NCBI GenBank assembly: GCA_003021105.1
Contig: PXRG01000022.1
Coordinates: 9,044 to 73,043, forward strand
DNA length: 64,000 nt
Origin: Halobacteriales archaeon QS_1_68_17
Lineage (GTDB): Archaea; Halobacteriota; Halobacteria; Halobacteriales; Haloarculaceae
Direction: 5' to 3'
Part shown: piece by piece, positions 9,508-18,467 of the stretch
Layout: the number at the start of each line of letters is the position of its first letter
Numbering within the stretch: the stretch's first letter is position 1
The notes under the pieces: generated by a model
Databases searched by the model: none
What the model was told of the DNA's origin: nothing
What the model saw: only the letters and a program-made list of their open reading frames with translations
Translations under genes and position numbers: made by a program

Positions 9508-10311
9508 CTACGCGTCGTCGACGGCCCCGCGGATCGGGCCCACGAGTTCCGACCGGTAGCCCAGGATCGTCTCGTGGCCGTCGCCGGACATGAGCACCGG
9601 CCAGAACGGTCCCTCAACCCGGACGGGGTCGCCGTCGGCGGTGGCGTACGGCTCGCCCGCCGGGACCCGCTCGAAGTTGTCGGCGACGACCCGGTACTCC
9701 CGTCCCGGTTCCTTCTCGACGACGTCGGAGACGGCGTACAGGCGCGTCTCCGTCGGCTCCGGGTCGCCCGGGAGGACGCCGCTCGCGCGCAGGAAGGCCA
9801 GAATACACTCGTGTGCCTGGTCGACGGCTCGCTCGGTGCCCTGGGGGGCCGCCTCGACGTTGAAAAAGTCCGGGAGGTTGACGCTCCGGCCGGAGACGGC
9901 CCCGGTGAAGTCGGCCGCGTGGGCCACCGGCATCGCGCGCATCGCCTCGGCTTTCGTCCGGTCGACGTTCGCCAGCGTCCCGAACGGCTCGTCGGTCGAG
10001 ACCGTCGAGTGGATGCCCAGGGTCGTACACCCCTCGATCTCGGCCAGCAGCCGGTGGGCCAGTCGCTTTTCGTGGGCCCCGCTCTCGGGATCGCCGGGGA
10101 ACACGCGGTTGAGATCCGCGTCGACGTAGCGTCGGCCCCGGTCCAGCGCCCGCTCGTTGGCGACGATCAGTTTCGCCGGCTCCACGACCGCGGGCGGGTC
10201 GGCCAGGAGCCGCTCGATCGCCCGCGCGCCGCAGGGTTCGTCGCCGTGGACGGCCCCCACCACGGCCACCGACGGCTCCCCGTCCTCGTCGCCGAGTGTC
10301 TCTATCCGCAT
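9508..10311 (-). CDS. Succinylglutamate desuccinylase/aspartoacylase-family zinc deacylase
   Basis: MRIETLGDEDGEPSVAVVGAVHGDEPCG N-terminus is typical of the AstE/AspA family. ATG 10311 lies one codon inside TTG 10314. Confidence 0.75.
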   Translation of the reverse strand: MRIETLGDEDGEPSVAVVGAVHGDEPCGARAIERLLADPPAVVEPAKLIVANERALDRGRRYVDADLNRVFPGDPESGAHEKRLAHRLLAEIEGCTTLGIHSTVSTDEPFGTLANVDRTKAEAMRAMPVAHAADFTGAVSGRSVNLPDFFNVEAAPQGTERAVDQAHECILAFLRASGVLPGDPEPTETRLYAVSDVVEKEPGREYRVVADNFERVPAGEPYATADGDPVRVEGPFWPVLMSGDGHETILGYRSELVGPIRGAVDDA

Positions 10312-10439
10312 CAACCCGGCATAGACCGCGTAGCGGCAAAAATCCGCCGACTCGCCGCGCCGGGGCCGGAGAACCTCGCCACCGGTTTCACCGCGGGAGG
10401 GCCGGAGGGGCTAACCGTCTGGACGGCGTATCCCGTCGC

Positions 10440-10859
10440 ATGGAAGACGTCGAACTCGGCCAGGCGACGATCGTCTACGAAGACCCCGAGGAAGGACGCA
10501 CCGAACTGACAGTCCCGAACGAAAAGCTGGTGTACGCCCGGGATCACTGGATGGTCCGGTCGGGAACCGACGAGGCGGGCAACGACCTGCTCCGCCAGAT
10601 CCCGCGCGACCGCGTCCACCGCGTCGACCGGACCGTCGAACAGTTCGAAGACGAGGTCGGGACGGTCAAGCGGCGCGTCGAGTCGCTGGCGACGGACCTC
10701 CGCCGAAAGCTGCCCGTCGACCTCGGCGAACGGCGGGGGCGCGAACGCGGCCGGACCGGCCCGGAGACCCCGGTCACCATCCCCATCGACGAGGAAGAGC
10801 ACAGCGCCGCGGACCGGGAAGACACGGGCGACGGCGAGGACGGGAAACGAAAGGAGTGA
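10440..10859 (+). CDS. Hypothetical protein with acidic C-terminal tail
   Basis: Internal ATG of ORF 10296..10859; protein-like composition from MEDVELGQATIVYEDPEEG onward. Confidence 0.55.
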   Translation: MEDVELGQATIVYEDPEEGRTELTVPNEKLVYARDHWMVRSGTDEAGNDLLRQIPRDRVHRVDRTVEQFEDEVGTVKRRVESLATDLRRKLPVDLGERRGRERGRTGPETPVTIPIDEEEHSAADREDTGDGEDGKRKE

Positions 10860-10872
10860 CCGTCCGGGCGAC

Positions 10873-11178
10873 TCACCGCCGGTTCTCGACGTGCTCGCTG
10901 GTCTCGACCCGGATGTGGAGCGCGTCGGTCGAGCGGATCCAGTCGAGGTAGTCCGCGAGGCGGTCGGCCGCCCGGAGCTTCTCTGTCGTGTCGTACGACT
11001 CGCGGAGTTCCTCGTTCGTGAAGAGAGCGTGGACCTGTTCGTGACAGGGCCGACACAGCGTCGCCGTCGGACTCTCGGCGCGCCGTTCCGGGCGGAGGTG
11101 GTGTTCCTGGACGGCCGCCGGATCATCGATCCGCTCGACGGGAATCCGCCGGAAACATAGCTCGCAGGTCGTCGGCAT
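10873..11178 (-). CDS. Small HNH endonuclease-domain protein
   Basis: 101 aa from MPTTCELCFRR. CxxC...HH...CRPCH arrangement of an HNH/zinc-finger nuclease fold. Confidence 0.7.
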   Translation of the reverse strand: MPTTCELCFRRIPVERIDDPAAVQEHHLRPERRAESPTATLCRPCHEQVHALFTNEELRESYDTTEKLRAADRLADYLDWIRSTDALHIRVETSEHVENRR

Positions 11179-11240
11179 CGGCCGCTCTTGGGACCGGACC
11201 CTAATGAGTATTCGCGACGGCGGACCGCCGGTGGCCGTCG

Positions 11241-11312
11241 GTGGCTCCGATGCCCGCGGTGGCTTTGATGCCCGCGATGGCTCTGATGCCCGCGATGGCT
11301 TCGATGGTCGCC
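11241..11312. repeat. 4 x 18-bp tandem repeat (GTGGCTCCGATGCCCGCG-like units)
   Basis: Units at 11241, 11259, 11277 and 11295, read directly and anchored on ORF 11241. Confidence 0.85.
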
Positions 11313-11529
11313 GGAGGATTTCGGTACGCCGGGTACGCCGGGAGCCGAGAACGCGGGAGCGATCCGGCGTCCGGGTGTCGCGGTGCCGGTGACAGTCGCT
11401 GTGATGGTGTGACGGTCGCTGTCGGGTGCCGGTGCCAGTGCCCGTCACGGGCCGGCACTGGTGGTGTGCCGGTGACAGTGGTGCGATCCCCTCACAAACA
11501 GCTAAACCCGTGGGGTCGGGAGAGGTGGT

Positions 11530-12267
11530 ATGCCGACGGTCACACCGCTTTGCTGTGGGTCGCTCTCACTCGACAAGAGCGTCCTGGTTTCCACGCGGCC
11601 GGGCGAGCGGGTCACGATCCCTTCGACGGTCTACCTGATCGAGGCCGAGGAGACGGTGCTCGTCGACACCGGGTTCGGCGACCTCGACCTGATGGACGAG
11701 CGCCATCCCGAATTCGACTGTCACCGCGAGGACGGACAGACGCTCGCGGGGGCGCTCGGACGCGCCGGCTGCGAGCCGGCGGACGTCGACACGGTCGTTT
11801 TCACGCACCTCCACTGGGACCACTGTTACAACCTCGACCCGCTGACCCATGCCGAAATGTACGTCCAGCGGCTGGAACTGGAGTATGCCATCGCGCCCTA
11901 CCCGATGCACGCCGACGGGTTCGACGCCAAGTCCCTGGGGATGGAACCGCCGTGGCTCCGCCACGACCTCACGCCGATCGAGGGCGAGACGACCGTCTGC
12001 GAGGGCGTGACCGCGTTCCCGACGCCGGGCCACACCGTCGGCCACCAGTCGGTCGCCGTCGAGACCGACGCGGGGACCGTCGTCGCGGCGGGCGACGCCA
12101 TCGAGACGTTCGAGAACCTCCGGGGCACCGACGAGAAGCCGTTCCTGCGGGGACTCGCGGTGAACGACTTCGACTGGTGGGAGAGCGCCCACGAAATCGC
12201 GGCCCGGGCCGACCGCGTGCTCCCGGGCCACGAGTGGGCGATCCTCGACGCCGATCCGCCCGCGTGA
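11530..12267 (+). CDS. MBL-fold metallo-hydrolase (N-acyl-homoserine-lactonase-like)
   Basis: 245 aa with the HxHxDH motif as THLHWDHCYN. Confidence 0.8.
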   Translation: MPTVTPLCCGSLSLDKSVLVSTRPGERVTIPSTVYLIEAEETVLVDTGFGDLDLMDERHPEFDCHREDGQTLAGALGRAGCEPADVDTVVFTHLHWDHCYNLDPLTHAEMYVQRLELEYAIAPYPMHADGFDAKSLGMEPPWLRHDLTPIEGETTVCEGVTAFPTPGHTVGHQSVAVETDAGTVVAAGDAIETFENLRGTDEKPFLRGLAVNDFDWWESAHEIAARADRVLPGHEWAILDADPPA

Positions 12268-12490
12268 CGGCGGGGCGATAGCGAGCGTCGATACGGAGTC
12301 CCGTCGAGGGCACCGGTCGCCAGCGACGGGTGCCGGGTCGCCGACCGGTCGCGGGGGACTGCCGGCCACGACGGTGGAAACGTCCGCGCTGCGCGGGCCG
12401 ACCGCGGGTCCGGTCGGATCGCTGCTCGGCCCCTGCAATTAATACCGGTGGCTGCGATAGGCCGGCGAGATCAGGGATGAGGCGTGTTCG

Positions 12491-13132
12491 GTGGGGGATG
12501 CGGTCGTCGTCGGGGCGGCGGCACTGGTCGCCGGCGCGGGAGTGACGCCGGCGGCCGCGCCGGGAGTTGGGGGCCCGTCACCAGCGGATACGACGATCAT
12601 CAGGATCACGGTCCGGCCGGACGGCACCGCGGTCTGTACGGTGCAGTACCGGGTCGAACTCGACGGCGACGACGCGTCGTCGCGGTTCGCGTCGGTCAGC
12701 CGGCGCATCGACGCCAGGCCGCTGGAGTACACGGGACCGTTCGCCGGGACGATGCAACGAGCGGCGTCGCTGGCCGCGGACGACACGGACCGCGCGATGG
12801 AGATCAGGAACGTCACGGTGCGGGCGCGGGAACTCCCGACGCGGCGGGGTGCGGTCACCTACCGCTTCGAGTGGACGAACTTCGCGGCGACCGCCGACGG
12901 GGAGGTGGTGATCGGCGACGCGCTCGTGGGGTTCTCGTTGCCCTCCAACCGGACCACGCTGGTGATCCAGTGGCCACGGGGGGACGATCCCGAGCGGATC
13001 GTCCCGGCACCCGGCGACGCCTTCCGCCGCGCGGTCTCGAACGGGAACGTCAGTATCGCCGGCCGCGGGCCGACAAGCAGTGCCGTCTGGGCGGTCCTGA
13101 ACGCCGTCCGTGGGCTCGTCGGGTCATTCTAG
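12491..13132 (+). CDS. Hypothetical protein with signal-like hydrophobic N-terminus
   Basis: 213-aa ORF, GTG start, protein-like composition; family not recognised. Confidence 0.5.
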   Translation: MGDAVVVGAAALVAGAGVTPAAAPGVGGPSPADTTIIRITVRPDGTAVCTVQYRVELDGDDASSRFASVSRRIDARPLEYTGPFAGTMQRAASLAADDTDRAMEIRNVTVRARELPTRRGAVTYRFEWTNFAATADGEVVIGDALVGFSLPSNRTTLVIQWPRGDDPERIVPAPGDAFRRAVSNGNVSIAGRGPTSSAVWAVLNAVRGLVGSF

Positions 13133-13172
13133 CCCGGCTGTCTTTTTGTCCCGCCGGGGTGTAGTGTCGGCC

Positions 13173-13640
13173 ATGGAAGCGAGCAGGATCACCGTGCGCG
13201 GCGAGGAGGCCGACCGCTTCGCCGACGCGCTCGTCGAGTCCAGGGCGGCGGAGGTCAAACACTCGATCAACAAGCGCGGCGTGCGGAACATCCACCGGTA
13301 CGAAGGGGACGGCTTCACACACCTGGCCTACGAACGGGCGGCCGCCTACGAGGACTCGTGGCTGGTGGTCTCGGTACTCGTCGAGCGGGTCGACGAGCGG
13401 ACGAGTACGGTCGCCGTTCTCGTCGGCGGGGGCGGGGAGGGGCCGTTCAAGCTAGAGGAGATCTCGGCGCGGCGGCTCCTCCGCGGGGAAGAGGCGGTCG
13501 GGCAGGCGGGCCGGTTCGCCACGGTACTCCGGGACATCGAGTCGGTGATCGACTCGCTCGACCTCGACGTCGAAACCGAGTGGCAGACCGATACGGAGAG
13601 CCTGACCGGGAAACTCGAACGGAAGATCTTCGATTCCTGA
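13173..13640 (+). CDS. Hypothetical cytosolic protein
   Basis: Internal ATG of ORF 13110..13640 (MEASRITVRGEEADRF...); family not recognised with certainty. Confidence 0.55.
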   Translation: MEASRITVRGEEADRFADALVESRAAEVKHSINKRGVRNIHRYEGDGFTHLAYERAAAYEDSWLVVSVLVERVDERTSTVAVLVGGGGEGPFKLEEISARRLLRGEEAVGQAGRFATVLRDIESVIDSLDLDVETEWQTDTESLTGKLERKIFDS

Positions 13641-13770
13641 TCCCCGGTCCCCGACGCCGAACGACATCGGCCGGGCGAGGGGACCCAGCGGGCCTCGACC
13701 GGCGCGGGTCACCCGGAAAATTTTGCCCCCAGGGTCGCCGGTAAACCGGTGTGCTGTCGAGTGACAGACT

Positions 13771-15126
13771 ATGACGACGGCGCGCGAGGTCATCCAGCGA
13801 GCGGACGCCGAGGACGTGGAACTGATCAGGCTCCTGTTTCTGAACAACAGCGGGGTCCCGCGGGGACGGGTCGTGGACGCCGAGGGGCTCCCGGGGGCGC
13901 TCGACGACGGCGTGAACCTCACACACGCGATGCAGTCGTTCAACGCGCTGGACAGGCTGGTCCCGGGCGGGAAGTACGGGCCGGCCGGCGAGGTGCGGGT
14001 GGTCCCGGACCCGGAAACGTTCACGGTGTTGCCCTACGACGACCGGGCGGCGGCGATGATCGCCGACCTCCACGACCTCGACGGCCGGCCCTGGAGTGCC
14101 GGCCCGCGGGCGCAACTCCGGCGGTACCTCGGGCACCTCCGGGCCGACGGCTACGTCCCGCGGACGGCTTTCGAGAGCGAGTACTACCTCGTCGACGAGA
14201 CCGAGGACGGCGAGCGGGTCCCCTTCGACGAGAGCGCCTGCTTCGGGACCGCGGGCATGCGAAGCGCACACGACGTGATACTGGACACCGTGGACGCGCT
14301 CAAAGACCAGGGGATGGGGCTGGCGGTCTACTATCCCGAGTACGGACCCGGCCAGCAGGAACTGGTCGTCGAACACGCCGACGGCGTGACCGCCGCGGAC
14401 AACCACGTCCTCTACAAGGAGACGGTCGCGGCGGTCGCCGCGGACCACGGGCTCGACGCCTCGTTCCGGCCGAAGCCGTTCCCGCAGTTGCCGGGCACGG
14501 GCTGTCACATCCACTTCTCGCTGTGGCGCGACGGCGAGAACGCCTTCTACGACCCCGACGCGGAGGGGCGGTACGGCCTCAGCGAGACCGGCCGGCAGTT
14601 CGTCGCGGGCGTCCTCGATCACGCGCGGGCGCTGACGGCCCTGACCGCGCCGACCGTCGAGTCCTACGACCGGATCGCCCCGGGGATGTGGTCGTCGGCC
14701 TACACCTGCTGGGGCCGGGACAACCGCGAGGCCGTCGTGCGGGTGCCCTCCGCCGACGCGGGGGACGCGGAGGCGACGACCCGCATCGAGTACAAGCCCG
14801 CGGACAACACCGCCAACCCCTACCTGGCGCTGTTCGGCCTGCTGGCGGCGGGCATGGACGGGATCGAGCGCGGCCTCGAACCCGGCGAACCGCTGGACAC
14901 CGATCCCGACGCGCTCGACGCCGACGAACGGGCCGACCGGGGGATCGAACGCCTCCCCGCGACGCTGGCGGAGGCCGTCGACGCGCTCGAAGCCGACGAC
15001 GCCATCCGGTCGGCGTTCGGGGATGACCTCTTCGAGTCGTACGTCGAGGTCAAACGCAGCGAGTGGGAACAATCGACCGACGAGGACGGCGAGTGGTCCT
15101 CGGACTACCTCTCGCGGGGGTTCTAG
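13771..15126 (+). CDS. Glutamine synthetase-family enzyme (GlnA paralogue / gamma-glutamyl-amine ligase-like)
   Basis: 451 aa. N-terminal beta-grasp (VELIRLLFLNNSGVPRGRVV) and catalytic-domain motifs (CHIHFSLW, NPYLA). Confidence 0.85.
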   Translation: MTTAREVIQRADAEDVELIRLLFLNNSGVPRGRVVDAEGLPGALDDGVNLTHAMQSFNALDRLVPGGKYGPAGEVRVVPDPETFTVLPYDDRAAAMIADLHDLDGRPWSAGPRAQLRRYLGHLRADGYVPRTAFESEYYLVDETEDGERVPFDESACFGTAGMRSAHDVILDTVDALKDQGMGLAVYYPEYGPGQQELVVEHADGVTAADNHVLYKETVAAVAADHGLDASFRPKPFPQLPGTGCHIHFSLWRDGENAFYDPDAEGRYGLSETGRQFVAGVLDHARALTALTAPTVESYDRIAPGMWSSAYTCWGRDNREAVVRVPSADAGDAEATTRIEYKPADNTANPYLALFGLLAAGMDGIERGLEPGEPLDTDPDALDADERADRGIERLPATLAEAVDALEADDAIRSAFGDDLFESYVEVKRSEWEQSTDEDGEWSSDYLSRGF

Positions 15127-15199
15127 CGGCCGCTGTCGGTCGTCTTCCGTGGTGGCGGTGGTCGCCGTCCGTCGCCTTCGGGGACGGCTTCGGCCGCCA

Positions 15200-15658
15200 T
15201 CATTCGCCTTCGGGGGCGGCCTCCTCGCCCTCCATCCGGAGCGTGGTCACGGGAACAGTCGCGGTTCTGACGACCCGTTCGGAGATGCTCCCGAGTAGCC
15301 CGCCGATCGTGCCGCGGTACGTCGAACACATCACGATCAGGTCTATCCCCTCCTCGTCGGCGTAGTCGACGATCTCCTCGTGGATCGACCCGGTCCGCGT
15401 CGCCGCGACGCAGTCGACGCCGGCCGCGGCGGCCTGCTCGCAGAGGTCGCCGGTGACCTCCTGGCCGTGGGCCTCGTACTCCGCCCGCATCTCCTCCCCG
15501 TCGTCCCGGACGTACACCGTCCGCGGTGCCCCGGGGAGTTTGATGACGTACAGCGCGTGGACGGTCGCGTCGAACGCCGCCGCGAGTTCGACGCCGTGCT
15601 CGGCGGCCCGCGCGGCCTCCTTGCTCCCGTCCGTCGGGATCAGAATGGTGTCGTACAT
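15200..15658 (-). CDS. Universal stress protein (UspA family)
   Basis: MYDTILIPTDGSKEAARA start, C-terminal GSISERVVRTATVPV motif. ATG 15658 lies inside ORF 15200..15682. Confidence 0.85.
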   Translation of the reverse strand: MYDTILIPTDGSKEAARAAEHGVELAAAFDATVHALYVIKLPGAPRTVYVRDDGEEMRAEYEAHGQEVTGDLCEQAAAAGVDCVAATRTGSIHEEIVDYADEEGIDLIVMCSTYRGTIGGLLGSISERVVRTATVPVTTLRMEGEEAAPEGE

Positions 15659-15731
15659 ACCCGTGATCCGGTCACCGCCCATGGACAGAAGCGTTCGAGC
15701 AACGGCGGCCGCGGCGACTCGCCGGCGGCCG

Positions 15732-17135
15732 CTACGGGACCAGTTCCGGGAAAAAACGACCGTGGAAGTCGAACGGGATGGCGTGGGGGACCGCGGCGCG
15801 GGCGCGTTCGTCGAACGACTGGCCGTCGAGGACGACCAGCCAGGAGTGTTCGGCCGCGACGTCCAGCATCACCGTCAGGACGACGCCATCGTCTTCCGCG
15901 TCTCCGCCGGGACGGGGCACGAAGAGCGGTTCGCCGAAGTGGTTGTCGCCGTCGGCGAACTCGACGACCCGGCCGGTCTCGACGTCGATTTTCACGACCC
16001 GCTGGGGCCACTCGGTCACCGGCTGCTCTGTCCCCTGGGCGTAGACGTAGCGGTGGCGGCGACACCACCGCGCCGGGGAGACCGTCGGCAGGGCCGTCCC
16101 GCCCTCGTAGACGGTCCGGCGGTCGACCGTCCCCGCGGCGGGGTCGACCCGGAACCGCTCCAGGCGGCCGCCGAACACGTCGAGGTCGCCCGCGCGCAGC
16201 CTGTCTATGTACAGCGTCTCGATTGAGGCCGCGCCGGGGACCGTTTCGAGGTCGACCACGAGGACGTCGCCGTCCTCGTAGGCGTTGGCGTGGTGGAACC
16301 CGAAGAACGCGTCCGTCCGCGGGTCGGCCACCACCTCACCGGCCGTCCGGTCGATCACCAGAAAGCGGGTGCCGCGGTCGGGCTTCCACTCGTAGTGCTG
16401 GACGAACGGGCCACGGGTGCCGGGCTTGAAGAAATCGAGCGGGTCGACGACGAAGGGAAACTCCGTCAGGACGACGTAGTTCGGCGTGAGCCCGAAGCTG
16501 TGCATGTACGCCGGCTCGTCGACCGGGACCGAGGCGACGGGCGTCCGGTTCCGGGGGTCGGTCATCTCGTAGACGTGGTAGTAGTTGGTGCGGCCGAACC
16601 GCGTCTCGAAGTTGACGGCGCGACCATCCGGGTCGCGGTTCAGGTGGGCGCAGGCGAGCTGGCCGGTCGGGGCGTCGCCGTCGTAGCGGACGTGGCCTCG
16701 GGTGGTCAGCGTCTCGGGGTCGAACGCGACCCAGCGGGGCGTCTCGGTCAGCGCCAGGTACTCCCCGCCGATCCGGTCGGCGATGACGTTGGCGTTGTCG
16801 TACGGGTCGTCGAGGAGGAACCGCTTGAGCCGGGCGAGCAGGCCCGCCTCCCCGGTGGCGAAGCCGCCGTCGAACCGGCCCGCCCGGGCGGCCGCGTAGG
16901 CGTCGGTCCGAAGAAACCGGTTCCGGTAGGCGACGCCGTCGTCGCCGAACGTAAAGCGGTGGAGCATCGCCAGGCCGTCGAACCAGTGGTCGACCGCGGC
17001 CTCGCCCATCTCGAACGCGCCCGGGCCGTTCCGGAGCAGGCTCCCCGAGAGCCACCCCGGAACCTCGCCCTCGACCCGGAGGTCGCAGGCTCGCTCTTCG
17101 CGTAGCGAGTGGAACCCGAGATTGCCAGGCGGCAT
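15732..17135 (-). CDS. Carotenoid oxygenase-family (RPE65/CCD) dioxygenase
   Basis: 467 aa; typical N-terminus (EGEVPGWLSGSLLRNGPG) and conserved His-containing blocks. Confidence 0.8.
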   Translation of the reverse strand: MPPGNLGFHSLREERACDLRVEGEVPGWLSGSLLRNGPGAFEMGEAAVDHWFDGLAMLHRFTFGDDGVAYRNRFLRTDAYAAARAGRFDGGFATGEAGLLARLKRFLLDDPYDNANVIADRIGGEYLALTETPRWVAFDPETLTTRGHVRYDGDAPTGQLACAHLNRDPDGRAVNFETRFGRTNYYHVYEMTDPRNRTPVASVPVDEPAYMHSFGLTPNYVVLTEFPFVVDPLDFFKPGTRGPFVQHYEWKPDRGTRFLVIDRTAGEVVADPRTDAFFGFHHANAYEDGDVLVVDLETVPGAASIETLYIDRLRAGDLDVFGGRLERFRVDPAAGTVDRRTVYEGGTALPTVSPARWCRRHRYVYAQGTEQPVTEWPQRVVKIDVETGRVVEFADGDNHFGEPLFVPRPGGDAEDDGVVLTVMLDVAAEHSWLVVLDGQSFDERARAAVPHAIPFDFHGRFFPELVP

Positions 17136-17232
17136 CGTCCGTACCTGTGGCTACAGCCGCCTAACGCTTCCGGGCAACGGTGCCGGCTCGGACCGACAGT
17201 CCGGGCTGTGACGGTCGGTGGAGCGCGAACGG

Positions 17233-17344
17233 CGGTCGTCGCCGGCATCCACGGGCGACAGACGCGTGCCAGTCGTCGCCGACACTTGGAGACAACGGAC
17301 GACTGCCGGTCGTCGCCGGTACCCACGGGCGACAGACACATGCC
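17233..17344. repeat. 37/74-bp tandem repeat with internal hairpins, abutting the RNA ligase start
   Basis: 17233..17270 and 17307..17344 match at 34 of 38 positions. Diverged 37-bp units lie between and after them. Confidence 0.8.
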
Positions 17345-17370
17345 GGTCGGCGTCGACAGTCGGGACCTGG

Positions 17371-18231
17371 ATGAAGACCTACCCCTCGATTCCGCGCGTG
17401 GAGAACGCGCCCCCGGAGCTGTTCGCGTCGGGGCACCTCTGGATACAGGAGAAGATAGACGGCGCGAATTTCCGGTTCCAGCTTCGGGAGTCGGGGGTCG
17501 TGCGGTTCGGCGGCCGGAACCGGACCTTCGACCCCGACGACGTGCCCACGCCCTACAGGCACGCCGTCCGGCACGTCCGCGAGCGGCTAGACCGGTCGGC
17601 GCTCCGGGCGGCCGTCGACGATGTCGAGTCGGTCGTCTTCTTCGGGGAGGCGACCCACCGGCACGCCGTCGACTACGACTGGGACCGGCTTCCGTCGGTT
17701 CTCGGCTTCGACGTCTGGGACGGCGCGGCCGGGCAGTTCCTCCCGCCGGACGCCGTCGAGGGCGTCTTCGAACGGCTCGGTCTCGAACCGGTCAACGCCG
17801 TCGAAAAGGAGGTCCGGGCGACCGACTTCGACCCAGAGAGCTACGAGATACCGGCGTCGGCGTGGTACGACGGCCCCGCGGAGGGCGTCGTCGTCCGCGA
17901 CAAGACCGGCCACCGGGCCAAACTCCACCATCCCACCTTCCGCGAGGTCGACGAGACGGTCCCCGTCGACGGGACGCCCGCGGAACTCGCCCGGCGGTAC
18001 GTCACCGACCGCAGGCTGGAGAAACTCGCGGCGAAACTCGAACGAGGGGGCCGACCGGTCACCGTCGACGCGCTGTTCGAGCGGGCGCTGGCGGACGTCG
18101 TCCGCGAGGAACACAAGCAACTGTTCCACGGGGACAGCGCCGTGGACATGCGGGCGTTCCGCTCGGCGGTGGCCGCCCGGACCCGCGAGTTTCTCGACGA
18201 GCGGGGTCGGGACACGGGGCGCGAAACGTAG
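17371..18231 (+). CDS. ATP-dependent RNA ligase-family protein
   Basis: MKTYPSIPRVENAPPELF... with nucleotidyltransferase motif I as EKIDGAN. ATG 17371 lies inside ORF 17218..18231. Confidence 0.75.
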   Translation: MKTYPSIPRVENAPPELFASGHLWIQEKIDGANFRFQLRESGVVRFGGRNRTFDPDDVPTPYRHAVRHVRERLDRSALRAAVDDVESVVFFGEATHRHAVDYDWDRLPSVLGFDVWDGAAGQFLPPDAVEGVFERLGLEPVNAVEKEVRATDFDPESYEIPASAWYDGPAEGVVVRDKTGHRAKLHHPTFREVDETVPVDGTPAELARRYVTDRRLEKLAAKLERGGRPVTVDALFERALADVVREEHKQLFHGDSAVDMRAFRSAVAARTREFLDERGRDTGRET

Positions 18232-18467
18232 TCTGTAGAGACCGGGAATAGCTACACCTATACCTGTCTCCCGTCGATATATCAGTCATGCCGAAAGTTA
18301 AAACACGGGATTCATCGCTGTAAGTTACTTTTTCGTATAATGTTGCTAACCGAACTCCGTTCGTCCCGCGCTCCGTGGTAGCGACGTGATGCATTCTTCG
18401 AGTGGATTGGGGGTGTCGTGAACTGTTGGCACGGGGCTTTATTCTGGCTCCTGTCCACTGTCCTGTC

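Noticed and set aside
11179-11448. N-terminal extension of the HNH protein containing SRASEP/SRASKP hexapeptide repeats (ORF 10873..11448).
   Set aside because: The extension is Arg/Pro/Ser/Thr-rich nonsense with no start context. The repeat is better explained as the 18-bp DNA tandem repeat read in frame by chance.
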